Source: Sphingomonadales bacterium Ga0077531
GTDB lineage: Bacteria > Pseudomonadota > Alphaproteobacteria > Sphingomonadales > Sphingomonadaceae
Direction: 5' to 3'
Length of the DNA: 64,000 nucleotides
Assembly (NCBI GenBank): GCA_001464915.1
Contig: LNED01000043.1
Location: 42,469-106,468 of the forward strand
Positions 20,823-31,973 of this stretch are shown here, piece by piece (positions within the stretch are counted from its first letter, which is position 1; every line of letters starts with the position of its first letter). A program made the position numbers and the translations under genes. The notes below the pieces were generated by a model. The model was not told the DNA's origin and ran no database searches. It saw only the letters and a program-made list of their open reading frames with translations.

Positions 20823-22085
20823 TCATCCCGCTGTTGATCGAGCACCGCGAACGCCCCGTTCGTCGCTGCTCTCACCCCGGGCTAACAAAAGATGGTAAAC
20901 AGGAAGATAATTTTTGGCATTGGCGGCCCAATCGTGGTGGGTGCGGACATGGGCGGCGGCGCGGGCGCGCATGGCGTTCCAGCCATCGCGGTCGTTAAGC
21001 AGCCCAGCGAGTGATGCGGCGCAGGCGGCGGGATCATCGGGGGCGAACAGTGTGCCGGTCACCCCGTCCTCGATCAATTCGCGGTGCCCGCCCACGCTTG
21101 ATGCGGCGACCAACCGCTGCTGCGCCATCGCCTCAAGTGGTTTGAGCGGCGTGACCAGATCAGTCAGGCGTTGGGCTTTGCGCGGATAGGCGAGCACATC
21201 GACCAGCGAATAATATCGCTCAACCTCCGTATGCGGCACGCGCCCGGTGAAGATCACCGCTTCGGGTTCAGGCAAGGCCGCCGCCGCCGCGCGCCATGCG
21301 TCAGCCATCGGCCCCGCGCCAACCAGCAGCAGCCGCGCATCCGGGTGCGACCGGCGCAGCAAGGGCATGGCCGCGATCAGATCGTCCACGCCTTCGTAGG
21401 CATAAAAGCTGCCAATATAGCCGATCACCGGCGCGCCCGGCGCAATGCCCAGCTCCGCCGCCAAGGCATCATCGCGCGCCACTGGTTCGCCGAAGAGTTC
21501 CAGATCGACCCCGTTGCGCATCACCCCGATCTTGCCCGCCGGAATGCCGCGTGCCGCCAGATCGTCCTTCAGCCCTTCGCAGATGGTGAACAACGCATCA
21601 GCGCCCTTGGCCACCCGTGTTTCCAGCGCGCGGGTGAGGCGGTATTTGATGCTGCCTTCGGTTCCGGTCAGATTGCCGACCGCCGCATCTTCCCAGAAGG
21701 CGCGGATTTCATACACGAACGGAATGCCCAGCGCCCGCGCCGCCCGCCTCGCCGCTGCACCGCAAAGGGCGGGCGAATGGGCGTGGATGATGTCGGGACG
21801 CCATTCCGCCGCAAGCTTGCGAATCGCGCGGTCGAGCGCGTTGATCTCTCCCAGCTCGCGCAGGGCGGGTGGGCCTTCGGGCAGACCGGGGGTGCGGTGG
21901 AAGGTCAGCCCGTCGGCCTGTTCGGGCGCGCCATTATTGGCCGCCTCGACATTATGCCGCTGCCCGGTGATCCCGCGCACCTCCAGCCCCAAGCCCTCCT
22001 GCGCTTTCAGGATCGCGCGGGTGCGAAAGGTGTAGCCGCTGTGGAGCGGCAGCGAATGGTCGAGCACATGCAGAACGCGGGTCAT
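20823..22085 (-). CDS. GT4 glycosyltransferase, resembles the exosortase A-associated type
   Basis: 420 aa. The N-terminus VLHVLDHSLPLHSGYTFRTRAIL matches my memory of PEP-CTERM/exosortase A-associated glycosyltransferases. C-terminal GT-B nucleotide-sugar region. Confidence 0.8.
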   Translation of the reverse strand: MTRVLHVLDHSLPLHSGYTFRTRAILKAQEGLGLEVRGITGQRHNVEAANNGAPEQADGLTFHRTPGLPEGPPALRELGEINALDRAIRKLAAEWRPDIIHAHSPALCGAAARRAARALGIPFVYEIRAFWEDAAVGNLTGTEGSIKYRLTRALETRVAKGADALFTICEGLKDDLAARGIPAGKIGVMRNGVDLELFGEPVARDDALAAELGIAPGAPVIGYIGSFYAYEGVDDLIAAMPLLRRSHPDARLLLVGAGPMADAWRAAAAALPEPEAVIFTGRVPHTEVERYYSLVDVLAYPRKAQRLTDLVTPLKPLEAMAQQRLVAASSVGGHRELIEDGVTGTLFAPDDPAACAASLAGLLNDRDGWNAMRARAAAHVRTHHDWAANAKNYLPVYHLLLARGESSDERGVRGARSTAG

Positions 22086-22169
22086 GCCCTGCGCTGTATC
22101 GCAGGCGTGCTTAACGCGGCGTCAACTGCATGGGGTTAAGACTGCCGAATTGACCCGGCCCGGAGCCTC

Positions 22170-22403
22170 ATGATGATCGACTATTTCGCGCTTGCGCTGG
22201 GACACGGCCTGATCGCCATTGCGCTGCTGCGGCTGGTGCTGCGCGAAGGGTTGGACGCCGATCCGCTGATCGGTTCGATCACATCGGAAGCGGCCGACAA
22301 CCGCAAGGCGAGCAGCGTTGCGGGGCGCAATGCCGCCCGGCGCGCGAAGGGTGCTGACGAGGGCGATCTTGACGACCCCGGCGCTCAAGTAGCGCAGCGA
22401 TAG
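22170..22403 (+). CDS. hypothetical small membrane protein
   Basis: 77 aa. One hydrophobic helix followed by a charged tail. G/C-rich third positions. Ends 10 nt before the next gene. Confidence 0.4.
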   Translation: MMIDYFALALGHGLIAIALLRLVLREGLDADPLIGSITSEAADNRKASSVAGRNAARRAKGADEGDLDDPGAQVAQR

Positions 22404-22413
22404 CGCCACAAAA

Positions 22414-23796
22414 ATGATTGATCTCATCTTCCTTGCCTTCATCGGATACGTGCTGGCGCTCGGCCTGCGCCGCCCGTTCCTGTGGGTGCTGCTGTATGTC
22501 TATATCGACATCCTCGCCCCGCAGCGGATCGGCTATTCGATCATTTCGACCCTGCCTGTTTCGCTGATCGCCTTTGCGGCGGCATTTGGCGGGTGGCTGG
22601 CATTGGATCGCAAGGACGGCGCGCGGTTCACGCTGCGGCAGGGCCTGATGCTGGCGCTGCTGCTCTATTGCGGCTGGACCACCGGCAACGCCGATTTCGC
22701 CGAGGCGGCGGCGACCAAATGGGATTGGGTGTGGAAGGCGCTGCTGTTTGCGATCTTCCTCCCCCTCACCCTAACCACCCGCGCCCGGATCGAAGGGTTG
22801 GCGCTGGTGCTGCTGCTGTCGGTCGCCACGATTGTGATCGGCACGGGGATGAAGACCGTGCTGGGCGGCGGCGGGTATGAGAATCTCAAATTCTTCGTCA
22901 ACGACAACAGTGGCATTTATGAAAGCTCGACGCTGGCCACGGTCGCCATCGGGCTGATCCCGATGCTGTGGTGGTTTGTGCGCCACGGCACGGTGTTTCG
23001 CCCGCATTGGGCGGTGACCGCGTTTGCGGTGGCGCTGACTTTCGCCTGCCTGCTCGTCCCCATCGGCACCGAGGCCCGCACTGGCCTGTTATGCATCGCG
23101 GCGCTGGGCGGATTGATGCTGCGTTACACCAAGCGGCGCGTGCTGTTCATCGCCGGAGCGGGCGTGCTTGGCCTGACCGCGCTGCCGTTTCTGCCGCAGA
23201 GCTATTACGACCGGATGTCGACGCTGGCCGAACCGGGTGGCGATGAAAGCGCATCGACGCGGATGGCAGTGTGGGAATGGACGATCGATTACGCCGCCGA
23301 AAAGCCGTTTGGCGGCGGGTTCGATGCCTTTCGCGGCAACCGCTTTGCTTACACCATGCCGGTCAAGAAGACCTCCGGGAACACCACCACGGTCGAATAT
23401 CAGGAAATCGTCGACGAGGGCCGCGCCTACCATTCCTCGATCTTTGAAATGCTAGGCGAACAGGGTTGGCCGGGGCTCGCAATGTGGCTGACGCTGCATT
23501 TGCTCGGCCTGTGGCAGATGGAGCGGCTCCAGCGGCGCTGGCGCGCGGCGGAGGAGGAGGCGACCCGCTGGATCGCGCCGCTGGCAGCGGCCTTGCAGAT
23601 GGGCGCGGTGATTTATCTGGTCGGGGCGCTGTTTCAGGGGATCGCCTACCAACCGGTGATGCTGATGCTGGTGGGCCTGCAAATCGGCCTCAATGCCTAT
23701 TGCAAACGGATCGATTCGGCGCAGGCGTTGCTGGCGCGCAGCACCGGGCGCAAGCAGGCGAACGATGGCACAGTGCGCGGTGCCGTAACGGCATAG
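22414..23796 (+). CDS. O-antigen ligase-like membrane protein, resembles exosortase A-associated O-glycosylation ligase
   Basis: 460 aa, about 10 TM segments. N-terminus MIDLIFLAFIGYVLALGLRRPFLWVLLYVYIDILAP resembles that family (from memory). Confidence 0.75.
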   Translation: MIDLIFLAFIGYVLALGLRRPFLWVLLYVYIDILAPQRIGYSIISTLPVSLIAFAAAFGGWLALDRKDGARFTLRQGLMLALLLYCGWTTGNADFAEAAATKWDWVWKALLFAIFLPLTLTTRARIEGLALVLLLSVATIVIGTGMKTVLGGGGYENLKFFVNDNSGIYESSTLATVAIGLIPMLWWFVRHGTVFRPHWAVTAFAVALTFACLLVPIGTEARTGLLCIAALGGLMLRYTKRRVLFIAGAGVLGLTALPFLPQSYYDRMSTLAEPGGDESASTRMAVWEWTIDYAAEKPFGGGFDAFRGNRFAYTMPVKKTSGNTTTVEYQEIVDEGRAYHSSIFEMLGEQGWPGLAMWLTLHLLGLWQMERLQRRWRAAEEEATRWIAPLAAALQMGAVIYLVGALFQGIAYQPVMLMLVGLQIGLNAYCKRIDSAQALLARSTGRKQANDGTVRGAVTA

Positions 23797-23908
23797 CCTG
23801 CCTAGCGCCGAGAGCGTTGCGCTGCCTGCAATCATGCGCCATGAAGCCCCCGCACAAGCGGCGCGGCGGGCACGGATTTTCCCCTGCGCATAACGGAGGA
23901 GGAAGCCC

Positions 23909-24358
23909 ATGAACCCCCAGGAATTGGCCGCCAAGGTCGGCGAAACTATCGGCACCAGCGAATGGGCCGAAATGAGCCAGGAACGCATCAACCAGTTCGC
24001 CGAAGCGACTGGTGACCACCAGTTCATCCACATCAACGAAGAGATGGCGAAGATGACCCCGTTCGGCGGCACCATCGCCCACGGGTTCCTGACGCTGTCG
24101 ATGATCCCCTATCTCGGTGCGAACGGCGGCGCCCCGCGCATTGATGGCGTGAAAATGGGCGTCAACTACGGCGGCAACAAAACCCGCTTCATCGCGCCGG
24201 TGCGCGCCGGCAAGCGCATTCGCGGCGTCTGGAAGCTGACCGAAATGGTCGAGAAGCGCCCCGGCCAGTGGCAGCAGACCTGCGAGATCACGATCGAGAT
24301 CGAAGGCGAGGAAAAGCCCGCGCTGATCTGTGAGTGGATCACGCAATACTTCGTCTGA
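23909..24358 (+). CDS. MaoC-family (R)-specific enoyl-CoA hydratase
   Basis: 149 aa. Hot-dog hydratase motif region FAEATGDHQFIH. Strong SD (GGAGGAGG) upstream. Confidence 0.88.
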   Translation: MNPQELAAKVGETIGTSEWAEMSQERINQFAEATGDHQFIHINEEMAKMTPFGGTIAHGFLTLSMIPYLGANGGAPRIDGVKMGVNYGGNKTRFIAPVRAGKRIRGVWKLTEMVEKRPGQWQQTCEITIEIEGEEKPALICEWITQYFV

Positions 24359-24439
24359 CGCTAGCGCCTAAAATCGAACCCCTCACCTCGGCGAAAGCTG
24401 GGATGACGGGCGTGAGAATGAACAAAGGATACCCCCAAT

Positions 24440-25621
24440 ATGCCACGTGACGCAGTAATCGTCTCCACCGCCCGCACCCCGATTGGCCGCGCTTACAAGG
24501 GTGCGTTCAACGCCACGCCGGGCGCTACGCTCGGTGCCTACAGCCTTGCCCCCGCGATTGAACGCGCCGGGATTGAAGCGGGCTCGATTGATGATGTGGT
24601 GTGGGGCACTGTCCTCACCCAGGGCACGCAGGCGGGCAATATCGCGCGTCAGGTCGCGCTGCGCGCCGGTTGCCCGGTGGGCGTCGCCGCCCAGACGATT
24701 GACCGTCAGTGCTCATCCGGCCTGATGGCGATTGCGACCGCGGCCAAGCAGATCATCGTCGACAACATGGATATCGTCGTCGGCGGCGGTCAGGACTCGA
24801 TCTCGATGGTGCAGACCCCCGAAATGCGGGTCGCGCCCGATCGGTCGCTGATCGCGATGCACAAGGATGTGTACATGCCGATGCTCGGCACCGCCGAAAC
24901 GGTCGCCAAGCGTTACAACATCAGCCGCGAAGCGCAGGATGAATACGCCTTCCAATCGCAGATGCGCACCGCCGCCGCGCAGGCAGCGGGCAAGTTCGAC
25001 GCCGAAATCGTCCCCGTCACCACCACCATGAACGTGGTCGACAAGGAGACGAAAGAAGTCTCGCAACGCGAATTCACCCTGACCAAGGATGAAGGCAACC
25101 GGCCCGAAACCACGCTGGAAGGCCTGCAGAGCCTCAATCCGGTGATGGGCCCGGGGATGTGCATCACCGCCGGCAACGCCTCGCAGCTGTCGGATGGTTC
25201 GTCGGCCAGCGTGCTGATGGAAGCGAAGCTCGCCGAACAGAAGGGGCTGCAGCCGCTGGGCCGCTATGTTGGCATGGCAGTGGCGGGCACTGAGCCGGAC
25301 GAAATGGGCATCGGCCCGGTCTTCGCGATCCCCAAGCTGCTCAAGCAGACCGGGCTCAAGATGGACGACATCGGGCTGTGGGAGCTGAACGAGGCCTTCG
25401 CCGTGCAGGTATTGTACTGCCGCGACACGCTCGGCATCGATAACGACATCCTCAACGTCAACGGCGGCTCGATCTCGATCGGCCACCCCTACGGCATGAC
25501 CGGCGCGCGCTGCACCGGTCACGCCCTGATCGAAGGCAAGCGTCGCGGCGCGAAGTATGTCGTGATCACGATGTGCATCGGCGGCGGTCAAGGCGCAGCG
25601 GGCCTGTTCGAAGTGTTCTGA
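24440..25621 (+). CDS. acetyl-CoA C-acyltransferase (thiolase)
   Basis: 393 aa. Active-site Cys region [10 protein letters not shown] and C-terminal CIGGGQG. Confidence 0.93.
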   Translation: MPRDAVIVSTARTPIGRAYKGAFNATPGATLGAYSLAPAIERAGIEAGSIDDVVWGTVLTQGTQAGNIARQVALRAGCPVGVAAQTIDRQCSSGLMAIATAAKQIIVDNMDIVVGGGQDSISMVQTPEMRVAPDRSLIAMHKDVYMPMLGTAETVAKRYNISREAQDEYAFQSQMRTAAAQAAGKFDAEIVPVTTTMNVVDKETKEVSQREFTLTKDEGNRPETTLEGLQSLNPVMGPGMCITAGNASQLSDGSSASVLMEAKLAEQKGLQPLGRYVGMAVAGTEPDEMGIGPVFAIPKLLKQTGLKMDDIGLWELNEAFAVQVLYCRDTLGIDNDILNVNGGSISIGHPYGMTGARCTGHALIEGKRRGAKYVVITMCIGGGQGAAGLFEVF

Positions 25622-25699
25622 GGAGTCCTTGTCGGCCTACCGGTTCAGCCTGCGGCTGTGCTTCGCAACCGCTACTTGAGGCCGGTCGAACCAGATACG

Positions 25700-25734
25700 A
25701 ACGGCGCGGAGGGCAACTTCCGCGCCGTTTTCTT
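25700..25734 (+). terminator. intrinsic terminator after the thiolase gene
   Basis: 11-bp stem AACGGCGCGGA/TCCGCGCCGTT, 8-nt loop, then TTTTCTT. Confidence 0.7.
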
Positions 25735-25780
25735 ATGGCTGCAGTTGGCGCTGGCAGGCATCCGGCGATAGTCTGCGCGC

Positions 25781-26209
25781 TTGGCAATGGGAGATCAGCC
25801 TATGGATCGGTTTTTCACGCTGGTGGCATCGCGCACCGCCTTTGCGGCGGGGCAGCCTGCGGCGTTTATCGTCGCTGTCTCAGTGATCGCCGGATGGGGC
25901 CTCACCGGGCCATTGTTTGGCTGGTCGGACACCTGGCAGCTGGTGGTCAACACCGGCACCACCATCGCCACCTTCCTGATGGTGTTCCTGATCCAGAATT
26001 CGCAGAACCGCGATGCCGCCGCGATGCAAGCCAAGCTCGATGAACTGATCCGTGCGGTGCACAATGCCCGCAACGAATTCGTCGGGATCGAGCATCTGAC
26101 CGACCGTGAGATTGAGGAGATCCGCAGCGCGCTGGAACACGCGGTCGGCGCGGATGAGAGCGAACATCGGCGGCAGGCCACCATCGCCCACCTGCTCAAA
26201 CGGCGTTAG
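25781..26209 (+). CDS. low-affinity iron permease family protein
   Basis: 142 aa. FGWSDTWQLVVNTGTTIATFLMVFLIQNSQNRD is typical of that family. Confidence 0.75.
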   Translation: MAMGDQPMDRFFTLVASRTAFAAGQPAAFIVAVSVIAGWGLTGPLFGWSDTWQLVVNTGTTIATFLMVFLIQNSQNRDAAAMQAKLDELIRAVHNARNEFVGIEHLTDREIEEIRSALEHAVGADESEHRRQATIAHLLKRR

Positions 26210-26345
26210 GGCCAGAGGCGCGCCGGCGGACTGCCAAGCCCCGCCCTTCTTGGCGACATCTTGGCGATCTGGGGCAAATAGCGTATCCTTGCCGCTGGCT
26301 CACAGTCCTAGGGGGGGGGCGCCGCCAATAGGCAGGGGACGACCG

Positions 26346-27212
26346 GTGAAACAATCGCTCATCAATTTGCTGCCACCCGCGACCATCGCGGCGATCATCG
26401 CGTTCTGGGCATTTGCCCCCGCGGCCTGGGTTGAAGCGCCGTGGACGATCATCATCGTCGGGCTGGCCACCATCGCTTTTGTGCAGCTGCTCGAACTGGT
26501 GTTTGAACGGCATGAAGGTTGGCGGATCAACGGGCGCGAGCTGGCAACCGACATTTTCTATGTCGCCTTCGGGTATGGTGTGATCGGGTTCCTCAGCGAT
26601 GCGCTGATCAATTCGCCGATGGCGGAGCTGAAGGAACAGCTCGGCATTGCCACCCCGTGGCTCGCTGCCAGCCCGTTTCTGGTGCAGGTGTTTGCGGTGA
26701 TGGTGGTGTTTGAATTTGGCCAGTATTGGCTGCATCGGGGGATGCACAACTGGCATCCGCTCTGGCTCACCCATGCGCCGCACCACCACATCACGCAGCT
26801 GAACGCGATGAAAGGCTTTATCGGCAACCCGATTGAACTGTTTCTGATCAGCATCGGCGTGATTGCGTTGCTCGATGTCGATCTCAACGCGCTGTTCGCG
26901 GCGATCACCGCTGGCGGTGCAATTGCGACCTATGCCCACGCCAATGTCCGCGCCGATCCGCCGATCTGGTACGGGTTTTTCTTCACCACCATCCGCAACC
27001 ACAGCCTGCACCACACGGCGCTGAGCTACGAAGACACGCGCTGCAATTATGGGAACAGCGTGATCCTGTGGGACCGCGTGTTCGGCACCTACCGCGACGG
27101 CGAATCCGAACTGGTCGGGCAGGATGATCGCAAGCGCCTTTCGATCAAGGAGCAGTGGCTGTTCCCGATCCTGCCGTGGCTGGAGCGGCGCAAGCAAAGC
27201 GCGGAAAGCTGA
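26346..27212 (+). CDS. fatty acid hydroxylase / sterol desaturase superfamily membrane protein
   Basis: In-frame GTG at 26346. His boxes HRGMH, HAPHHH and HSLHH. Confidence 0.8.
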   Translation: MKQSLINLLPPATIAAIIAFWAFAPAAWVEAPWTIIIVGLATIAFVQLLELVFERHEGWRINGRELATDIFYVAFGYGVIGFLSDALINSPMAELKEQLGIATPWLAASPFLVQVFAVMVVFEFGQYWLHRGMHNWHPLWLTHAPHHHITQLNAMKGFIGNPIELFLISIGVIALLDVDLNALFAAITAGGAIATYAHANVRADPPIWYGFFFTTIRNHSLHHTALSYEDTRCNYGNSVILWDRVFGTYRDGESELVGQDDRKRLSIKEQWLFPILPWLERRKQSAES

Positions 27213-27263
27213 CCCACACGCACGGGAGTTGCGGCGGGCGCACATCCGTCGCACAAGGCGCTG

Positions 27264-27866
27264 ATGGGGATCATGGAAATCATCGGGATTGCGGGCAGTG
27301 TCAGCCTGTTGTCGGGCTGGCGGCTGTATCTGTGCATCCTTGCCACCGGGCTGGCGATGCGCGCCGACCTGCTGCCACTGCCCGAACACCTCGCCAGTCT
27401 GGGCGTGCTTGCCAATCCGTGGGTGATGGGAATTGCCGCGGTCGCCGCGCTGGCGGAGTTTTTCGCCGACAAGGTGATGTGGCTCGATAGCGCGTGGGAT
27501 GCGGTGCACACTTTTGTGCGGCCCATCGGCGGCGCGTTGCTGGCGCTGGCGATTGTCGATCCGTCTGATCCCGCAACGCAGGTGATCGCATTTGTGCTGG
27601 GCGGCGGGGCGAGCTTTCTGGCGCATGGCGGCAAAGCCAGCGCCCGCGCCGTGGTCAACACGTCGCCCGAACCGGTGAGCAACATTGTGGCGTCCAGCGC
27701 CGAGGATGTCGTCACCGTGGGGCTTTTGTGGGTCGCGTACGAATACCCGGTGGTCGCAGGCGCCATCGCGGCGGTGCTGCTGGTGTTGGCAGCGATGCTG
27801 CTGTGGTGGGCGCAGCGGGTGATCAAGCGGGTGTTTTTCAGGGTGCCGAAAGAACAAAAGCCCTGA
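27264..27866 (+). CDS. DUF4126-like membrane protein
   Basis: 200 aa, multi-TM. Sequence resembles DUF4126 (from memory). Confidence 0.7.
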   Translation: MGIMEIIGIAGSVSLLSGWRLYLCILATGLAMRADLLPLPEHLASLGVLANPWVMGIAAVAALAEFFADKVMWLDSAWDAVHTFVRPIGGALLALAIVDPSDPATQVIAFVLGGGASFLAHGGKASARAVVNTSPEPVSNIVASSAEDVVTVGLLWVAYEYPVVAGAIAAVLLVLAAMLLWWAQRVIKRVFFRVPKEQKP

Positions 27867-27877
27867 CGTTACGGAAT

Positions 27878-28471
27878 TCAGGAATCCCAGAACCGCGTAA
27901 TCGCTGCGTCAAAGGCTTCGGTATAGGCGCCAACAAAATCCACCTCCGGCGCCGCATCAGCCGGCTGTTTTTCCCCGACATAGGGTTTGAGCAATGCCGC
28001 GCCGCCGAGCAGTTGGATGCGCGGCTTTTGCGACCGATCCCGAAAATCTCGCGTGACAAAGTGGACGCCGACCTTCGCCTTGGTCAGCGCGCTGTCGGAG
28101 AACGAGATGTAGTTCACCACGATTTCGACATAGCAAGGCTGCACCGATGCAGTGAGGCGGGACTCTTGCTTGAACGATACCTTGGCGTCCACCGGCGCGC
28201 GGTGTTCGACGAAACGGAACCCTTCCAATCGCCCACTGCGCGCGAACAATCGGGATGCGATCTCGAATTGCGAATCCGCCTTGATCCGGGCCAGCATCTC
28301 CGCTTCCGGAACCGCGCCGCCCGCCGTGAGGTCAGACAACAAGCCGTAATCGCCCAGGCGGGTGAAGCCCTGCACCTGATCGGTCGGGAAAAAATGCGCT
28401 TCGCATTGCGCGATGTCTCCGCCCGCTGATTGGGATGCTTGGAGCAACAGCAGCGGAAGCGTGAGGTTCAT
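27878..28471 (-). CDS. hypothetical protein, possible signal peptide
   Basis: 197 aa, N-terminus MNLTLPLLLLQASQSAGG, no family recognised. More A/T-ending codons than its neighbours. Confidence 0.5.
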   Translation of the reverse strand: MNLTLPLLLLQASQSAGGDIAQCEAHFFPTDQVQGFTRLGDYGLLSDLTAGGAVPEAEMLARIKADSQFEIASRLFARSGRLEGFRFVEHRAPVDAKVSFKQESRLTASVQPCYVEIVVNYISFSDSALTKAKVGVHFVTRDFRDRSQKPRIQLLGGAALLKPYVGEKQPADAAPEVDFVGAYTEAFDAAITRFWDS

Positions 28472-28526
28472 CGCATCGTTCTGGGTCGAAGGGACACGGG
28501 TGTCAACGCGGCAGGCCGCCCGCCCA

Positions 28527-29762
28527 TCAACGGTGCGCGGCGATCCATTCGTCCACCACCGGCGCCACCTTGGTGCGCCAGCGGCTGCCGTTGAAGATGC
28601 CGTAATGGCCCGCGCCTTCGGCCATGTAGTACCGCTTCATATCGTCGGGCAAGTTCGGGGTCAGCTTCAGCGCCGCGCGGGTCTGGCCGAGGCCGGAGAT
28701 ATCGTCGCGTTCGCCCTCGATCGCCAGCAGCGCGGTGTCGGTGATCTTGGTGATGTCGACCAACTCGCCCTTGTGGCGGAATTCGCCCTTGGGGATCGAG
28801 TGTTTCTGGAACACCTCTTCCACCGTTTGCAGGTAGAATTCGGCGGTCATGTCGCAGACGCTGCGATATTCGTCGTAGAAATCCTTGGTCGCCTGCGCGC
28901 TTGCGTCATCGCCTGCGGTCAGATGTTTGTACATCTCGTAATGGCTCATCATGTGGCTGCGCAGGTTCATGGACATGAACGCCGACAGCTGCATGAAGCC
29001 GGGATAGACCTTGCGCCCGCTGCCGGGATATTTCATCGGCACCGTGGCAATCACGCTTTGGCGGAACCATTCAATCGGGCGCTGCATCGCCATGTTGTTA
29101 ACCGCAGTGGGGCATTCGCGCGTGTCAATCGGCCCGCCCATCATCGTCAGCGTCGCAGGGGTCGCGGGCGATTTGTGGAGGTTCAGCAGCGCGGTCGCGG
29201 CGAACGCGGGCACTGATGGCTGGCACACCGCCATCATGTGGATGCGCTGGCCGCCCGCTTCGCCGTGAATGTGTTCAGCGAACTCGATCAGATAATCGAT
29301 ATATTCATCAAGATCGAAGTTTCCCGCATCGGTCGGCACCATCTTGGCATCGGCCCAATCGGTGACGAAGACTTCGCAGCTTTCCAGCATCCGTTCGACA
29401 GTGCCGCGCAGCAGCGTGGCGTAATGCCCGCTCATCGGGGCGACGATCAGCAGGCGCGGGCGGTCAGCCGGGGTGCCTTCGACATGGAACCGCAGCAGAT
29501 CGCCGAACGGGCGCTTCAATGCGGTGGTTTCGGTAACCGCGTGCAGTTTGCCGTCGATCGGCACTTCGGTGATGCCAAACGGCGGCTTGCCATAATGCGC
29601 GGTGGCGTGGGCGAAGACTTCGAGCGCGTTCGCCATCATCGGGCCCATGCCCATATAGCCCAAGGGATTGGCCGGGTTGGACAGCATGCCCGAACCGATC
29701 GAGGCCAGCGCGCTCGCGCTGTTCATCCAGCTGCGTTGCAGCTCATAGGCGTGGTAAAGCAT
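28527..29762 (-). CDS. phaZ: intracellular polyhydroxyalkanoate depolymerase
   Basis: ATG at 29762 with GGAGGG SD. The N-terminus MLYHAYELQRSWMN is typical of PhaZ of this class. Confidence 0.85.
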   Translation of the reverse strand: MLYHAYELQRSWMNSASALASIGSGMLSNPANPLGYMGMGPMMANALEVFAHATAHYGKPPFGITEVPIDGKLHAVTETTALKRPFGDLLRFHVEGTPADRPRLLIVAPMSGHYATLLRGTVERMLESCEVFVTDWADAKMVPTDAGNFDLDEYIDYLIEFAEHIHGEAGGQRIHMMAVCQPSVPAFAATALLNLHKSPATPATLTMMGGPIDTRECPTAVNNMAMQRPIEWFRQSVIATVPMKYPGSGRKVYPGFMQLSAFMSMNLRSHMMSHYEMYKHLTAGDDASAQATKDFYDEYRSVCDMTAEFYLQTVEEVFQKHSIPKGEFRHKGELVDITKITDTALLAIEGERDDISGLGQTRAALKLTPNLPDDMKRYYMAEGAGHYGIFNGSRWRTKVAPVVDEWIAAHR

Positions 29763-29841
29763 CGGGTAGCCCTCCGGCAAAACGAACAAACTGCGCCTCG
29801 TGCCGGGGCGCTTGGCACTGCAAATGCGCCTTTGCGGGTTA

Positions 29842-29856
29842 TTGTGCAATGCACAA
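29842..29856. promoter_or_regulatory. perfect palindrome TTGTGCA-A-TGCACAA in a TGC-rich tract; candidate operator
   Basis: Lies in the phaZ / ABC-exporter divergent intergenic region, 80 nt upstream of the phaZ ATG. Flanked by further TGC repeats (29818-29870). Confidence 0.35.
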
Positions 29857-29952
29857 TTGCATCCGCAGCAACGGGAGGGCAGTCGGCGCAGTACAGATAG
29901 GTTGCTTTTTGCACGTGAATTTTGCCGCGCGCGGGGCTAGAGGGGCGCGCAT

Positions 29953-31827
<1,875 letters not shown>

Positions 31828-31973
31828 CGCCCCCTTGCTTCACCCGGCGCGTTTTCGACGAAGCGCCGCGCCCGCCTGACCAAAAGCAACCTTTCGCCCT
31901 GTGCTGCGTTAGTGTGACGCTATCAATGATGGGGGCAGGCACGGGCCTGCTCCAGCTTTCGGGGACTTCGCAC

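Noticed and set aside
26196-27857. 553-aa minus-strand ORF
   Set aside because: It is antisense to the hydroxylase and DUF4126 genes, which have His boxes and TM patterns. The product is His/Arg/Pro-rich low complexity.
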